DNA from: Candidatus Woesearchaeota archaeon
Lineage (GTDB): Archaea; Nanobdellota; Nanobdellia; Woesearchaeales; UBA583
Length of the DNA: 63,415 nucleotides
Reading direction: 5' to 3'
NCBI GenBank assembly: GCA_027858315.1
Contig: JAQICV010000041.1
Coordinates: 1 to 63,415, forward strand
A program made the translations under genes and the position numbers. The notes beneath the pieces are model-generated. The model did no database searches, had not been told where the DNA came from, and saw only the letters and a program-made list of their open reading frames with translations. Positions 27,313-37,967 of this stretch are shown here, piece by piece. The first letter of the stretch is position 1; each line of letters starts with the position of its first letter.

Positions 27313-29139
27313 TTATTTTAAAAATGCTAGGAGAACAAGCAAAGCTCCTAAAAATACTAAAGACTCATTATTTCCACTAAATAATTCAACAATAATTGTA
27401 TTAAAATATGATTTTCTTGTAACTTCCTTTTCTAAATAAATATTCAAATCAGTATATGAAAGTGCATAATTTGAATAAAGCATACTAGAAGATAAATCGT
27501 CTTGTTCAAACAAATCTTTGGAATATTCAAAATATATGTAAGGTATTAATGGGAAATCTCCATTAGTATTATGATTCAATCTAGAGTTTGTAATTTCAAG
27601 TAATTCTTTAGTATAATTTTTCTGATCTTCATCATTAATTCCCATAGAGTTTAATAAAGTATTAATTTTCCCATTAAGTTCTAATCCCTTGTATATACAT
27701 AGATATTTATTTGAGAAAGGTTCTCCCAATCCAATTTGTTCTCCAATTTCTTCATTTAAAAATCCGAATCCATAATTATTTAACAATTGGGACTTAATTG
27801 ATATTTCTCTATTTATTTTAACGCATGCATCACTAATTGTTTTATCATTAAATTTAACTCTATCTCCATTATTAATTATTAATTCTTCCCAAAGTTCAAC
27901 TGTGTAAAACCTCTCTGAAGCATAAGAATAAAGTCTTGTTTTTTGTGAATTAATCTCTTCTTTAGTTAGGATGTCAATTTCTGCTAAATCGGAGATATTA
28001 ATATTTGAATTAGTAGAGATGAGATTATTCTCTTCAATATCTTCAGCAATTTTTAAAAATTCTCTACTCTCTTCAATTCTATCTATTAGCAGAAGATAAA
28101 CATAAAAATCATTTATTGTTTTAATCTTACTTAAATATCCATCAGAACTTATTTCTACATACTTCAAGTTTACTTTACTTTTAAGTGCATTAAGTTCAGT
28201 ATTTCTATCATCAAGTGTTAAGTTTTTTTGTGTTTCCAAAAGAGCTTTATAGTTCAAATTCGCATTAAAGCAAAAACTTCCTTGTGAGTAATAATTTTCA
28301 TTAATTTTTGCAGTTTTAGACGAATTATAACTATTATCTGCAATTTCTTTTGAGCTATCTTCAGAACTATTATCTTTAATTATTCCAAAGTCGATATCAT
28401 TAATTAGATTTAAACTTCTATCACACATTTTTTGTCCAAGATTTTCCATAACTCTTTTATAGTTGCTATTATTAATTGTTTGAGTTTTCAAATCATAATG
28501 AGTTTGATTATTAAAATTATTATAAGCCTCAATCACATCAATTACTTTTACTATTTCTATAAAATAAGTTACATTTTCATCATAACTAGAAAAAACAGGA
28601 ATTAAAACTTTTCTAAATCCTAATTCTTGGGCAATACTAATCTTTTCATCAACGCCTCCAACATTACCTATAATTCCTCCAGAATTCAAAGCTCCAGTAA
28701 TCACAACTTCATCAATAATTGGTTGTTTTTTAACAGTCTTAGCAGTAAGAATTGCAATTGCTGAACTTGCAGAAGGTCCCTTTAAAACAAGTGCAGAGCC
28801 TTCAAAATTATAAAAAAAATCATATTCATTACAATCAAGAGCAAATAAATCACATGCAATTTTTTGTGAATTAATAATTGAGATTTGTGTATCTACTTCT
28901 TCAATAGTATTCAAATTAGTATAAATTTGTCCATTACCTGGCTTTATTCTAAGATTCAAATTAATAATTGAACCACCTACTGCATTACCATTTGAATCTT
29001 CAGTTACTGCAAGAAGTGAAATATCATTTTCAAATGAATTATTTGTATAATAAAATCCGAAAACAAAAAATCCAACAATTAAAATTTTAATAAGAATTAT
29101 TGTAATTGAAAATTTTAAGCTCTTTTTTTTCTTAATCAT
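27313..29139 (-). CDS. Membrane-anchored Lon-like (S16) serine protease lacking an ATPase domain
   Basis: GPSAS catalytic Ser, TG.LN.GG.IG.VGGV.EK catalytic Lys; N- and C-terminal TM helices. Confidence 0.85.
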   Translation of the reverse strand: MIKKKKSLKFSITIILIKILIVGFFVFGFYYTNNSFENDISLLAVTEDSNGNAVGGSIINLNLRIKPGNGQIYTNLNTIEEVDTQISIINSQKIACDLFALDCNEYDFFYNFEGSALVLKGPSASSAIAILTAKTVKKQPIIDEVVITGALNSGGIIGNVGGVDEKISIAQELGFRKVLIPVFSSYDENVTYFIEIVKVIDVIEAYNNFNNQTHYDLKTQTINNSNYKRVMENLGQKMCDRSLNLINDIDFGIIKDNSSEDSSKEIADNSYNSSKTAKINENYYSQGSFCFNANLNYKALLETQKNLTLDDRNTELNALKSKVNLKYVEISSDGYLSKIKTINDFYVYLLLIDRIEESREFLKIAEDIEENNLISTNSNINISDLAEIDILTKEEINSQKTRLYSYASERFYTVELWEELIINNGDRVKFNDKTISDACVKINREISIKSQLLNNYGFGFLNEEIGEQIGLGEPFSNKYLCIYKGLELNGKINTLLNSMGINDEDQKNYTKELLEITNSRLNHNTNGDFPLIPYIYFEYSKDLFEQDDLSSSMLYSNYALSYTDLNIYLEKEVTRKSYFNTIIVELFSGNNESLVFLGALLVLLAFLK

Positions 29140-29313
29140 AACAATAACTATTTTTTTCGATTAATAAGTGTTTTTATTTACTCATAGTTTAATACTAATA
29201 TTTATTGTCTAGATTTTTTTTTAAAATTAGAAGTTAGATTTAGTATTTTATTCCTTAGAATACTAAATATTTTAAGTATGGGATAAAATAAATATTTGAT
29301 AATGAGGTAAATT

Positions 29314-29565
29314 TTATAACTTTTCAAGAGTTTCTAAAATTTTATTAAGTTCATCTTTTGGAATTTTACTTTTATAATTCTTTTTATTAACATTTAGTTG
29401 ATTAATTTTATGATTCAAAATTGCAAGTGCAACCCAAATTTGAGCTTTAGATTTATCTTTTGCCTTTTTTACAGCATAATCATATTCCTTAGTTTCTTTA
29501 ATCAATTCACTTAAATTTTGTTCAACAACTATTTCAAGGTCTACTCTCCAATCATTATCATTCAT
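29314..29565 (-). CDS. Hypothetical protein
   Basis: 83-aa ORF with TATA upstream; AQIWVALA segment. Confidence 0.6.
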   Translation of the reverse strand: MNDNDWRVDLEIVVEQNLSELIKETKEYDYAVKKAKDKSKAQIWVALAILNHKINQLNVNKKNYKSKIPKDELNKILETLEKL

Positions 29566-29662
29566 ATATTTAAATATTTTCAGTAATTTATAAAAGTTGT
29601 CTTTTCTTAGTAGTCACGATAGAAACATTTATAAGTACTCTTTTCTTTATATAATTATCAAA

Positions 29663-30040
29663 ATGACATACGAAAAAAAAATTGCATCATTAACAGTAAT
29701 CTTAGCTGTGATTTTAGCTTTATTAGCATATTTATTCGCAGGTCAATATGTTGTGGTTGACAATTCACTTAGCTTTTCAGATGTAAAAAGTCAAGATGGT
29801 TCAATTGTAAAAGCAAATATTGTATATGTTGAATTAACAAAAGAAGTATCTGTAAAAGATACAAGAAATCTTGTAACTGATAGATTTTCTCAAGAAATAG
29901 AAACTGATGGTCAACTAATTGTTTTAGGAAAAGACGGTTCAATCAAATCTATAACTAGTGGAGTTGTTCTAGTAGATAATAACATCATAAGTGTTAATGA
30001 AGAAGAAAGCGTAATTATTGCTCTTGAAAAAAGAGATTAA
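29663..30040 (+). CDS. Hypothetical membrane-anchored protein
   Basis: N-terminal TM after ATG 29663; TATA at ~29628. Confidence 0.65.
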   Translation: MTYEKKIASLTVILAVILALLAYLFAGQYVVVDNSLSFSDVKSQDGSIVKANIVYVELTKEVSVKDTRNLVTDRFSQEIETDGQLIVLGKDGSIKSITSGVVLVDNNIISVNEEESVIIALEKRD

Positions 30041-30058
30041 ATTTTTCAAATAATAATA

Positions 30059-30469
30059 TTAATTATCATAATTTTTATACATCTCAATTAAATTTCCAAT
30101 AATAGGTTCAGAATTTATTTTTGCTTGATTTATTATTTCTAGCTTTTCTTTTAGATGTTCGATTTCATCGCTACTTGTTTCAGTACTAATTTGTGATTGA
30201 GTATGTTTAATCTTAGTATCTACAATTCTATTAAAATATTCTAGAATAGTTTGAGAAAAAATTTGAATTGAAATATTTTGATTCATTAATTCTTCAAAGA
30301 AGTTTTTTTCAAACAATCTTTGTAAAACAAAAATGATTATATCTTTTTCATGTGAATTTTCATAAGGACATATTTGATTTAGAATTTGTTCTCTTTCATT
30401 TTCATTTTGGAGTACATATAATCCATACTTTCCAATTAAGTGTCCAAAATTTTGAACTTCAAGTTTCAT
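30059..30469 (-). CDS. Hypothetical protein
   Basis: ORF with no recognised motif; second ATG chosen from TATA spacing. Confidence 0.5.
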   Translation of the reverse strand: MKLEVQNFGHLIGKYGLYVLQNENEREQILNQICPYENSHEKDIIIFVLQRLFEKNFFEELMNQNISIQIFSQTILEYFNRIVDTKIKHTQSQISTETSSDEIEHLKEKLEIINQAKINSEPIIGNLIEMYKNYDN

Positions 30470-30596
30470 ATTATATTTACAAAAGTAGTCTTTAATAAAT
30501 CTTTTCATTTATTAAAAGGTTCTCATAAATTTGATAATAAAATTTATTTTGAATCTTTCTAATTAAGAATAAAAATTAAAATTTTTTAAGCATTGA

Positions 30597-30971
30597 TTAT
30601 TTAATCAATACACCAAATAATGAACCTGATTGACCTGGTCTTGAAGTAATTTTAACATTACCTTTCTCAGTTTTAACAATAGCACCTTTAGTAATAAGGT
30701 TCCTTCTTGTAAAGTTAATATTTGCAGGGTTATTTTCTACATCTAAAATTTTAAGTGTTTGAGTTTTACCTAAATCACTAACACAAACTTTATCAGTTGA
30801 TAATAATGATTTCTTTTGGTTTCCACCAGCAACTCTTTTAAGTTTTAATCTAAGTCTATCAATACTAGTTAAAGCAGGAATTCCTACCATATCTTGGGCT
30901 CTTTTTTTCCTAACTGGAATATATCTCTTACCTGATACTTGTTTTTTTGATCTAAATTGTGAACTTGCCAT
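30597..30971 (-). CDS. rps8e: 30S ribosomal protein eS8
   Basis: R..GGN.K, NPAN..F.RRN.ITKGA, ITSRPGQ.G. Confidence 0.96.
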   Translation of the reverse strand: MASSQFRSKKQVSGKRYIPVRKKRAQDMVGIPALTSIDRLRLKLKRVAGGNQKKSLLSTDKVCVSDLGKTQTLKILDVENNPANINFTRRNLITKGAIVKTEKGNVKITSRPGQSGSLFGVLIK

Positions 30972-30972
30972 T

Positions 30973-31551
30973 TTATCTTAATCTTCCTCCATTAGCATTT
31001 AGGCTAGGTCTTACTTTTTCAGCACCCATTCCTTTATTTCTTAAACCTCTAGACTTTTTAGCACCTGAAGTAAGTCCTCTAAATACTCTCTTTGTATGTT
31101 TATTTGAAACAATCCAACCAATTTTCTTATCTGATGCAATTTGTGGATGATATATATCAACTAAAATAATTTCATACCAATAATGAATTTCATCTTGACC
31201 TACCCAATATGAGTTTAAAACTTCTAAATTAGGGAATTTCTTTTGCACTCTCTCTTCTGCTATCCATAGATAGTTTTTAGCTTGTACAATTTTTGATGAA
31301 GTATTTCCACCATCTCTTCCTTTTTTAATTGAAGGATTTTTCTTTCCTCCTCTTTTAACTCTAGATCTTACAATAACAAAACCTTGCTTTGCTCTATAAC
31401 CTAAAGATCTTGCTCTATCAATTCTAGTAGGGTATTCAACTCTCTCGATTGAATTCTCTCTTCTCCATTGAACTAGCATACCTTTGTAACTCTCACCTAA
31501 ATTTTCTTTAGGTTTTTTCCATGCTTCTTTAATATATTTTAAATATCCCAT
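30973..31551 (-). CDS. rpl15e: 50S ribosomal protein eL15
   Basis: [30 protein letters not shown]. Confidence 0.97.
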   Translation of the reverse strand: MGYLKYIKEAWKKPKENLGESYKGMLVQWRRENSIERVEYPTRIDRARSLGYRAKQGFVIVRSRVKRGGKKNPSIKKGRDGGNTSSKIVQAKNYLWIAEERVQKKFPNLEVLNSYWVGQDEIHYWYEIILVDIYHPQIASDKKIGWIVSNKHTKRVFRGLTSGAKKSRGLRNKGMGAEKVRPSLNANGGRLR

Positions 31552-31884
31552 CTTTTAAATCTTTGATTTCTTTTGTCCCATTTTTATGAGTCATTACGAA
31601 TAATAATGAAGGCTTAAAAATCTCTTACGAAATTTTTATTTTCCCATTCATTCGAATTAATTTGTTTAATTTATCGCTTATGCGACTAATAGATTCGTTA
31701 GAACCTTAGAATACTAGACTACACATCCGCTCAACATATACTCAATTAAATTGTCGTATCATCGCCAACATGACTAATATTTAATAATAAAGAATAAAAA
31801 AGCCTTTAAAAAGTTTACCTTGTAAGAGTTGTTCCTGTTAGTTAAAAACAAAGTCTATAAACGATTTAACTAATTTATATATAT

Positions 31885-34800
31885 ATGTATATTAAATATA
31901 ATAAGTTTTTAGCCTTTTTTTTCCTTTTTGTTATAATGTTTTCATCCTCATCTTCAATTTTTGCTAAAGAAAAATCTATGAACGAATTTAACGGTATAGA
32001 ACTAAAGACTAAATTTAAAATTAATGAAGGGCAGTTGAAGAGTTTTTCAACAGATAGTGAAAATAAAAATGAGTATTATCTTATTCAATTTAATTCTAAG
32101 TTAAATGAAAAAACAAAATTAGAATTAGAAAAAGATGGGGTAATATTTTATGACTATATTCCTGATAATTCTTATCTTGTGAAATTTGATTCTCAAAAGA
32201 AATCAAAAATTCTATCTTCTAAAGATATTAATTGGTATGGTAAGTACTTATCTGAATATAAAATTGATAAAAAAATAAACCTTTCAAATAATGAGTTAAT
32301 TGAAGTGCTAGTTAATCCTCATAAAGATATTGATTTAGTTTTATTAAAATCAACTTTAAAAAATAATGATGCAGTCTTAGAAATATTAGGTGATACGAAA
32401 TTTCTTATTTTAATAAATGTTTCCAATATTCAAGACATTGCAAATTTGAATGAAGTAAAATATATTGAAAAATATTCTAAGCCCGAACTCTTTAATATCA
32501 ATGCAAGAGTAACTACTAATGTAAATTTTATTTGGGATAATCTAGGACTATATGGAGAAGGTCAAAAAATTGCAATTGCAGATTCAGGATTAGATACTGG
32601 AGTAAATGATGCCTCTATGCATGATGATTTTGAGGGAAGAATAATTGGAATTACTGACTTGTGGGGAGCTGGTCCTGACGATGATTCATCTCATGGGACT
32701 CATGTTGCTGGAACAGTTTTAGGAGATGGTAATCTTAGTGGAAGTAATCCTAGTTTAGATGATTATAAAACTTCAAATGCTGGAGTAGCACCAAAAGCAA
32801 AAGTTTATTCTCAAGCATTTGAAGATACAGGACTTGCTTTGGAAGGAGTACCTGCCGATTTATTTGACTTATTCAATCCAATGAATTCTATTGACATTAA
32901 AACTCATACTAATAGTTGGGGAAATACTGCTTGTAATGGTATTTATAATATAAATTCAGTTTCATCAGATCAATTTATGTGGGACAATCAAGATTTTACA
33001 ATTTTATTTGCTGCAGGAAATGATGGTCCTACTCCTTCAACAATGGCATGTCCTGCAACTGCTAAAAATGTTATAACTATAGGTGCATCGAATACAAGTG
33101 GCGCATTTGCAATTGCTGAGTTTAGTTCTAGAGGACCAACTAATGATTCAAGAATTAAGCCTGACCTTGTAGCACCAGGAGCAATGGTATTTTCAACATT
33201 ATCCCAAATAGTATATCCTGGAATTTATTATGGTGGTTTTGGTGGAACTTCAATGGCAACGCCTCATGTTGCAGGAGTAGTTCTTCTTATGAGAGAACAT
33301 TTAAATTCAACTAAAGGGATATCTAATCCTTCATCATCTCTAATTAAAGCATTATTAATTAACGGTGCAGATGACATTACTGGAACAAGGCCAGATAACG
33401 ACCAGGGGTGGGGGCAAGTCAATTTAAAGAATTCAATTAGTCCAAGTCAACCTGGAAAAATATTTTTTTATGACAATACAACAGGATTTTTAATTGAATC
33501 AAATTATACTTATGACTTTGAAATAAAAGATGACTCTCTTCCTCTAAGAATTACTCTTGTGTGGACAGATTATCCTAGTACTGAAATTGCAACAGAAAAT
33601 TTAGTAAATGATATAGACTTAATTCTTAATACTCCTGATGGAACAATATATTTTGGGAACGATTTTTCAGCACCATTTAACAATGAAAAAGACGACATTA
33701 ATAATGTTGAAGGAATAGAGATATTAATTCCTCAAATTGGAAATTATTCCTTAAATGTATCTGCATTTAATATTATAACTGGACCTCAAACATATTCTTT
33801 AGTAATGTCTTATGCACAAAGTAGTCCTAAGATTTTAAAAATTGATTCACCAGAAAATATTATTTACAATACTTCTAGAATAAACTTCAATATAACTTTG
33901 GATGATATTGGTTTAGTTGAATTTTCATTAGATGATGGGATAACAAATATAACTATGCAAACTTTAGATGATATTGAGTTCAACTACACTTTATCAAACA
34001 TTCCTGATGGAAATTATAATGTAACTTTTTATGCAAAAAATCTCTCAAATGTTTTATCTGATACTCGAAAACAAGCATTTATAGTTGACACAATTAAACC
34101 AACAATTACTGTAAATTCTCCAAATAGTTTTAAATATTCATCATTATATATAATATTTAATATAACTTCCAATGAGTTTTCTCAAATGTGGTTTAGTGTA
34201 GACAATGGAACTACAAATACAAGCATGCAAACTATTGATAATTTATCTTTTACATATAATTTCTCAATTCAAAATAACAACAATTATTCAATAATTTTCT
34301 ATGCTCAAGATGTGGTTGGAAACTTAAATCAAACTCAAAAAATTAATTTTTCAGTAGATTCTAAATCACCAAAAATATCAATTAATTCTCCACAAAATAT
34401 TAACTATTCAAATATAAATTCAACAATATTAAATATAACTTTGGACGAGATAGGTTTAGCATGGTTTAGTACTAATAATGGAATTACTAATACTAGTATG
34501 CAAAATCTGGATAGTTTAACTTTCACATATAATTTAACAGGTTTAATTGATGGAATTTATAATTTAATTTTCTATGCAAATGACACTATAGGGAACTTAA
34601 ATTCAACTTCAATTCAATTCAGAATTGATAATGGAATTTTGAATATGTCTATTGACTCTTTTTCAAACAATTCACAAATTAATACTTCAAAACTTTCAAT
34701 TTATTTTAATGCCACAACAAATAAAGAATTATCAAAAATAACTTACACAATAAATTCATTTACTTATGATATCTTTGACAAATATTCTTTAAACTATATT

Positions 34801-36765
34801 GAAACAGACTTAGACTTAATTGAATACGGAAATCAAAACATTAGCTTCTATATTGAGGATTTATTTGGAAATTCAAAAACTTTAATATATAATTTAAACA
34901 TTATTTCAGATCTCTCAGGAGTAATAAATGATACTGATGGAGATGGAGTTAATAATTCAATTGATAATATATTAGGTAATGAAACAAACATTCAAACTAA
35001 TTTAAATGATTTAACTCTAGAAGTTAATAATTCTATTAATTTAACTAAGATTTTTAACACAACATATAATGTATCTATAAAGGAAAATAATAGTATTGTA
35101 GTAGAATTCCTAAATAATTTTTCGAGTAATAAATTAGATTTCTCCAATGTAACAATAAAAAAAGATAACTCATCCAACTTATCTAAATTACTTTTAAGGG
35201 GAATTAATTTAGAATCAACAAAAACAAAAACTCTTTATTTAGACTTGATTGGAAATACAACAAAAGATAATAGTTTATGCTTAAAAGATGAAGTAGTATA
35301 TGATTTTTCACAGATAACTTCAACTTGTTCAGGTTCATCCGAAACATATATCTATGAAATTCCATATTCTGAAAATGGATATATTGTAACTTATACAAAT
35401 TCAACTAATAGGACTGTAAAAATTCAAGGTTTATCTCATTCAGCTATAACTCAGTCGTGTACTGAAGATTGGTCAGATGTTGATTGGGAAACCACTTGTA
35501 CTAGTGATTCTCAAACTGGAACTACTATTGATAATAATAATTGTGGCACAACTTTCACTAAACCTGTAACTACACAAAGTTGCACATCTCCTGTTGATAA
35601 TGAAGAGGAAGAAGAATCAAATACTGCAAGTTCTAGTACAGATGATGGCGACGATGAGTATATTATAACTACTGATGATGACGATGAAGATGAGGAAGAA
35701 ATAATTAACAATACTATTGAAGGTTTAAGAAGTACAATTAAAAATTCTTATAGTTTTAGTGTAGGTAGAACTGGTGGAATTAATGATGGATTTAAAGGTG
35801 TTGAAAAAATCAAAATAAAGGATAAAATTTGGTTAAGAACTTTAATTGAATTTGAACATGATTTTTCAGACTCAGAATTAGATTTAAGTAAATTTGATTT
35901 TGAATACTCTCAAACAAATAAAAGTTATATAATTGTTAAAGGATTAGACCTTGGAACTAAAACTAAAAAAGTTAGAATTAAAGCTTTAGATAATACTAAT
36001 AAAATTTGTATTAAAGATGAAGAAGTAAATTCGATTGAAGAAATTAGTTTAACTTGTGATTCTGTAAATGAGTATTTAGTTAATTGTGATAGTATTCAAA
36101 CAAATGAAGGATACACCTGTATTATTGATGAAGAATATTATTATGTGTTAGGTCTAAAACATTCAGCAGTTTTAGAATATGTTGAACCTGAAAAGTCTAT
36201 CTCTGAAGTTGTGACTATTGATGAAACTTCAAATAATTTAGATTCTTCTAATATAGTTTTATCTGATTCATTAAGTTCAAATTCAAAGATTAGTATCTTA
36301 AAGATTTCATTATATGCTTTTATTGGAATTTTTTTATCAATTATTGGTATTTTGATAATTCTTAGAATCTCGAAAAATGGTGAGGATGAATCTGATGATG
36401 AATCTAAAATGACTGAATCTAGAGTTCTTAATCATGTTGATCCAAATAATCCTAAAGCTAAAAAAGCATTTTTTAAAAATGAAAGTAAAGATAATCTCAA
36501 AGGAGAAAAAATCTTAATTAGTAATTACAAACAAGCAAAAATGGATATTGATAAGATAACTACAAAAACTAAAAAAAAGTTTGTAGATAATGATAGTTTT
36601 TCTGATATTCATGGTTATAAATCTGCAAAAGAATATGTAAAATCTCATAAGGAAAGTCATGATAAAAAAGTACTTTATGAATCTTTAATTTCTTCTAAAT
36701 ATTCAAAAGATATAATTGATCAAGTTTTCAAAGAAGAGTTTGTTGATGATGATAATCAAAAATAA
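31885..36765 (+). CDS. Large membrane-anchored subtilase (S8, KP-43-like) with Ig-like repeats
   Basis: DSG, HGTHVAG, AAGN, GTSMATP catalytic motifs; ITLVWTD...NNVE domain; repeats, acidic linker, TM near the C-terminus. Confidence 0.92.
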   Translation: MYIKYNKFLAFFFLFVIMFSSSSSIFAKEKSMNEFNGIELKTKFKINEGQLKSFSTDSENKNEYYLIQFNSKLNEKTKLELEKDGVIFYDYIPDNSYLVKFDSQKKSKILSSKDINWYGKYLSEYKIDKKINLSNNELIEVLVNPHKDIDLVLLKSTLKNNDAVLEILGDTKFLILINVSNIQDIANLNEVKYIEKYSKPELFNINARVTTNVNFIWDNLGLYGEGQKIAIADSGLDTGVNDASMHDDFEGRIIGITDLWGAGPDDDSSHGTHVAGTVLGDGNLSGSNPSLDDYKTSNAGVAPKAKVYSQAFEDTGLALEGVPADLFDLFNPMNSIDIKTHTNSWGNTACNGIYNINSVSSDQFMWDNQDFTILFAAGNDGPTPSTMACPATAKNVITIGASNTSGAFAIAEFSSRGPTNDSRIKPDLVAPGAMVFSTLSQIVYPGIYYGGFGGTSMATPHVAGVVLLMREHLNSTKGISNPSSSLIKALLINGADDITGTRPDNDQGWGQVNLKNSISPSQPGKIFFYDNTTGFLIESNYTYDFEIKDDSLPLRITLVWTDYPSTEIATENLVNDIDLILNTPDGTIYFGNDFSAPFNNEKDDINNVEGIEILIPQIGNYSLNVSAFNIITGPQTYSLVMSYAQSSPKILKIDSPENIIYNTSRINFNITLDDIGLVEFSLDDGITNITMQTLDDIEFNYTLSNIPDGNYNVTFYAKNLSNVLSDTRKQAFIVDTIKPTITVNSPNSFKYSSLYIIFNITSNEFSQMWFSVDNGTTNTSMQTIDNLSFTYNFSIQNNNNYSIIFYAQDVVGNLNQTQKINFSVDSKSPKISINSPQNINYSNINSTILNITLDEIGLAWFSTNNGITNTSMQNLDSLTFTYNLTGLIDGIYNLIFYANDTIGNLNSTSIQFRIDNGILNMSIDSFSNNSQINTSKLSIYFNATTNKELSKITYTINSFTYDIFDKYSLNYIETDLDLIEYGNQNISFYIEDLFGNSKTLIYNLNIISDLSGVINDTDGDGVNNSIDNILGNETNIQTNLNDLTLEVNNSINLTKIFNTTYNVSIKENNSIVVEFLNNFSSNKLDFSNVTIKKDNSSNLSKLLLRGINLESTKTKTLYLDLIGNTTKDNSLCLKDEVVYDFSQITSTCSGSSETYIYEIPYSENGYIVTYTNSTNRTVKIQGLSHSAITQSCTEDWSDVDWETTCTSDSQTGTTIDNNNCGTTFTKPVTTQSCTSPVDNEEEEESNTASSSTDDGDDEYIITTDDDDEDEEEIINNTIEGLRSTIKNSYSFSVGRTGGINDGFKGVEKIKIKDKIWLRTLIEFEHDFSDSELDLSKFDFEYSQTNKSYIIVKGLDLGTKTKKVRIKALDNTNKICIKDEEVNSIEEISLTCDSVNEYLVNCDSIQTNEGYTCIIDEEYYYVLGLKHSAVLEYVEPEKSISEVVTIDETSNNLDSSNIVLSDSLSSNSKISILKISLYAFIGIFLSIIGILIILRISKNGEDESDDESKMTESRVLNHVDPNNPKAKKAFFKNESKDNLKGEKILISNYKQAKMDIDKITTKTKKKFVDNDSFSDIHGYKSAKEYVKSHKESHDKKVLYESLISSKYSKDIIDQVFKEEFVDDDNQK

Positions 36766-36968
36766 TTTCAAATCTCTTTCCAAATAATCTCACTTATATA
36801 TATCTAACGAAGGCTTTATAAACCGATATTTGTTCTTTTTTTGTATTACTATGCAGAATTAAAGCATGCATTTCATATTAATTTTATGAAAGCTCTGCAA
36901 AGCAATCCTGAAATAGGCAATGTAAAACTGGCATCCTATCAGGCAATTACAGTTATAGAGTAATAAAA

Positions 36969-37967
36969 ATGGCAGCTCCAAGCACAAGAAAAAGAGGTAG
37001 TAAGCAGTTCTGGCCAAGAGTCAGAGCAAATAAGCCTACTGCCGTTGTAAACAGTTGGGATTCTAAAATTTTACCTAAAGAGAGCAATTTCTTAGGTTTT
37101 CCCGGCTATAAGGTAGGTATGACAAATATCGGTATTATAGACAATTTTTCTCACACTTTAACTAAAGGAACAGAGATTAATACTGCGGTGACAGTATTAG
37201 AATGTCCTCCAATTAAAGTTTTATCAGTTAGATTGAGTGGACTTGACGAGTATGGAAACATGCAAGTTTTAAAAGAAGTTCAAGCTCAAGTTAAGGATAA
37301 ATATTTAAACAGAAAAATTGATGTTCAGAAGAAATCTTCTGTAATTCCAAGTGTTGATGAATTAATTAAATTTGCACAAGAGTATGAAGTGTATGATGTT
37401 AAAGCGAAAGTTATGACAACTCCTTCTGCTACAACTATTGGAAAAAAGAAACCAGAGATATTAGAACTTGGTGTTTCAGGTTCTATTGAAGAGAAAATCA
37501 CTTTTGTGATGTCTAAATTAGGACAAGAAATAAAAGTTGGTGATGTGTATACTGGTGGAGAACTAGTAGATTCACATGGAATTACAATAGGTTACGGTCA
37601 TCAAGGTGCTGTGAAAAGATTCGGTGTAAAACTGACTTCGCATAAATCCGAAAAAAAGAGAAGGCACGCAGGAAATGTTGGTGCATGGACTCCTTCAAGA
37701 GTTTTGACAACAATTCCTATGCCTGGTCAACATGGTTACCATGAGAGAACAGAATGGAATAAATGGATAATTAAAGTTTCTTCAGACTCAAGCGTGATTA
37801 ATCCTGATTCAGGTTTTACTGGATATGGTTTAGTTAAGAGCGATTACTTACTAATTAAAGGAAGTATTCAAGGACCTAGAAGAAGATTAATAACATTTGT
37901 TAGAGCTACAAGGCCAAATGCGAGATATCCAAAGATTGCTCCGCAAATCACATATATTAGCAGGTAA
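36969..37967 (+). CDS. rpl3: 50S ribosomal protein uL3
   Basis: GYKVGMT, G.QG.VKRFG, GQHGYHERTE. Confidence 0.97.
   Translation: MAAPSTRKRGSKQFWPRVRANKPTAVVNSWDSKILPKESNFLGFPGYKVGMTNIGIIDNFSHTLTKGTEINTAVTVLECPPIKVLSVRLSGLDEYGNMQVLKEVQAQVKDKYLNRKIDVQKKSSVIPSVDELIKFAQEYEVYDVKAKVMTTPSATTIGKKKPEILELGVSGSIEEKITFVMSKLGQEIKVGDVYTGGELVDSHGITIGYGHQGAVKRFGVKLTSHKSEKKRRHAGNVGAWTPSRVLTTIPMPGQHGYHERTEWNKWIIKVSSDSSVINPDSGFTGYGLVKSDYLLIKGSIQGPRRRLITFVRATRPNARYPKIAPQITYISR

Noticed and set aside
31552..31800. SRP (7S) RNA near rps8e
   Set aside because: No recognisable helix-8 GNAR/AGCAG motif or long GC-rich stem
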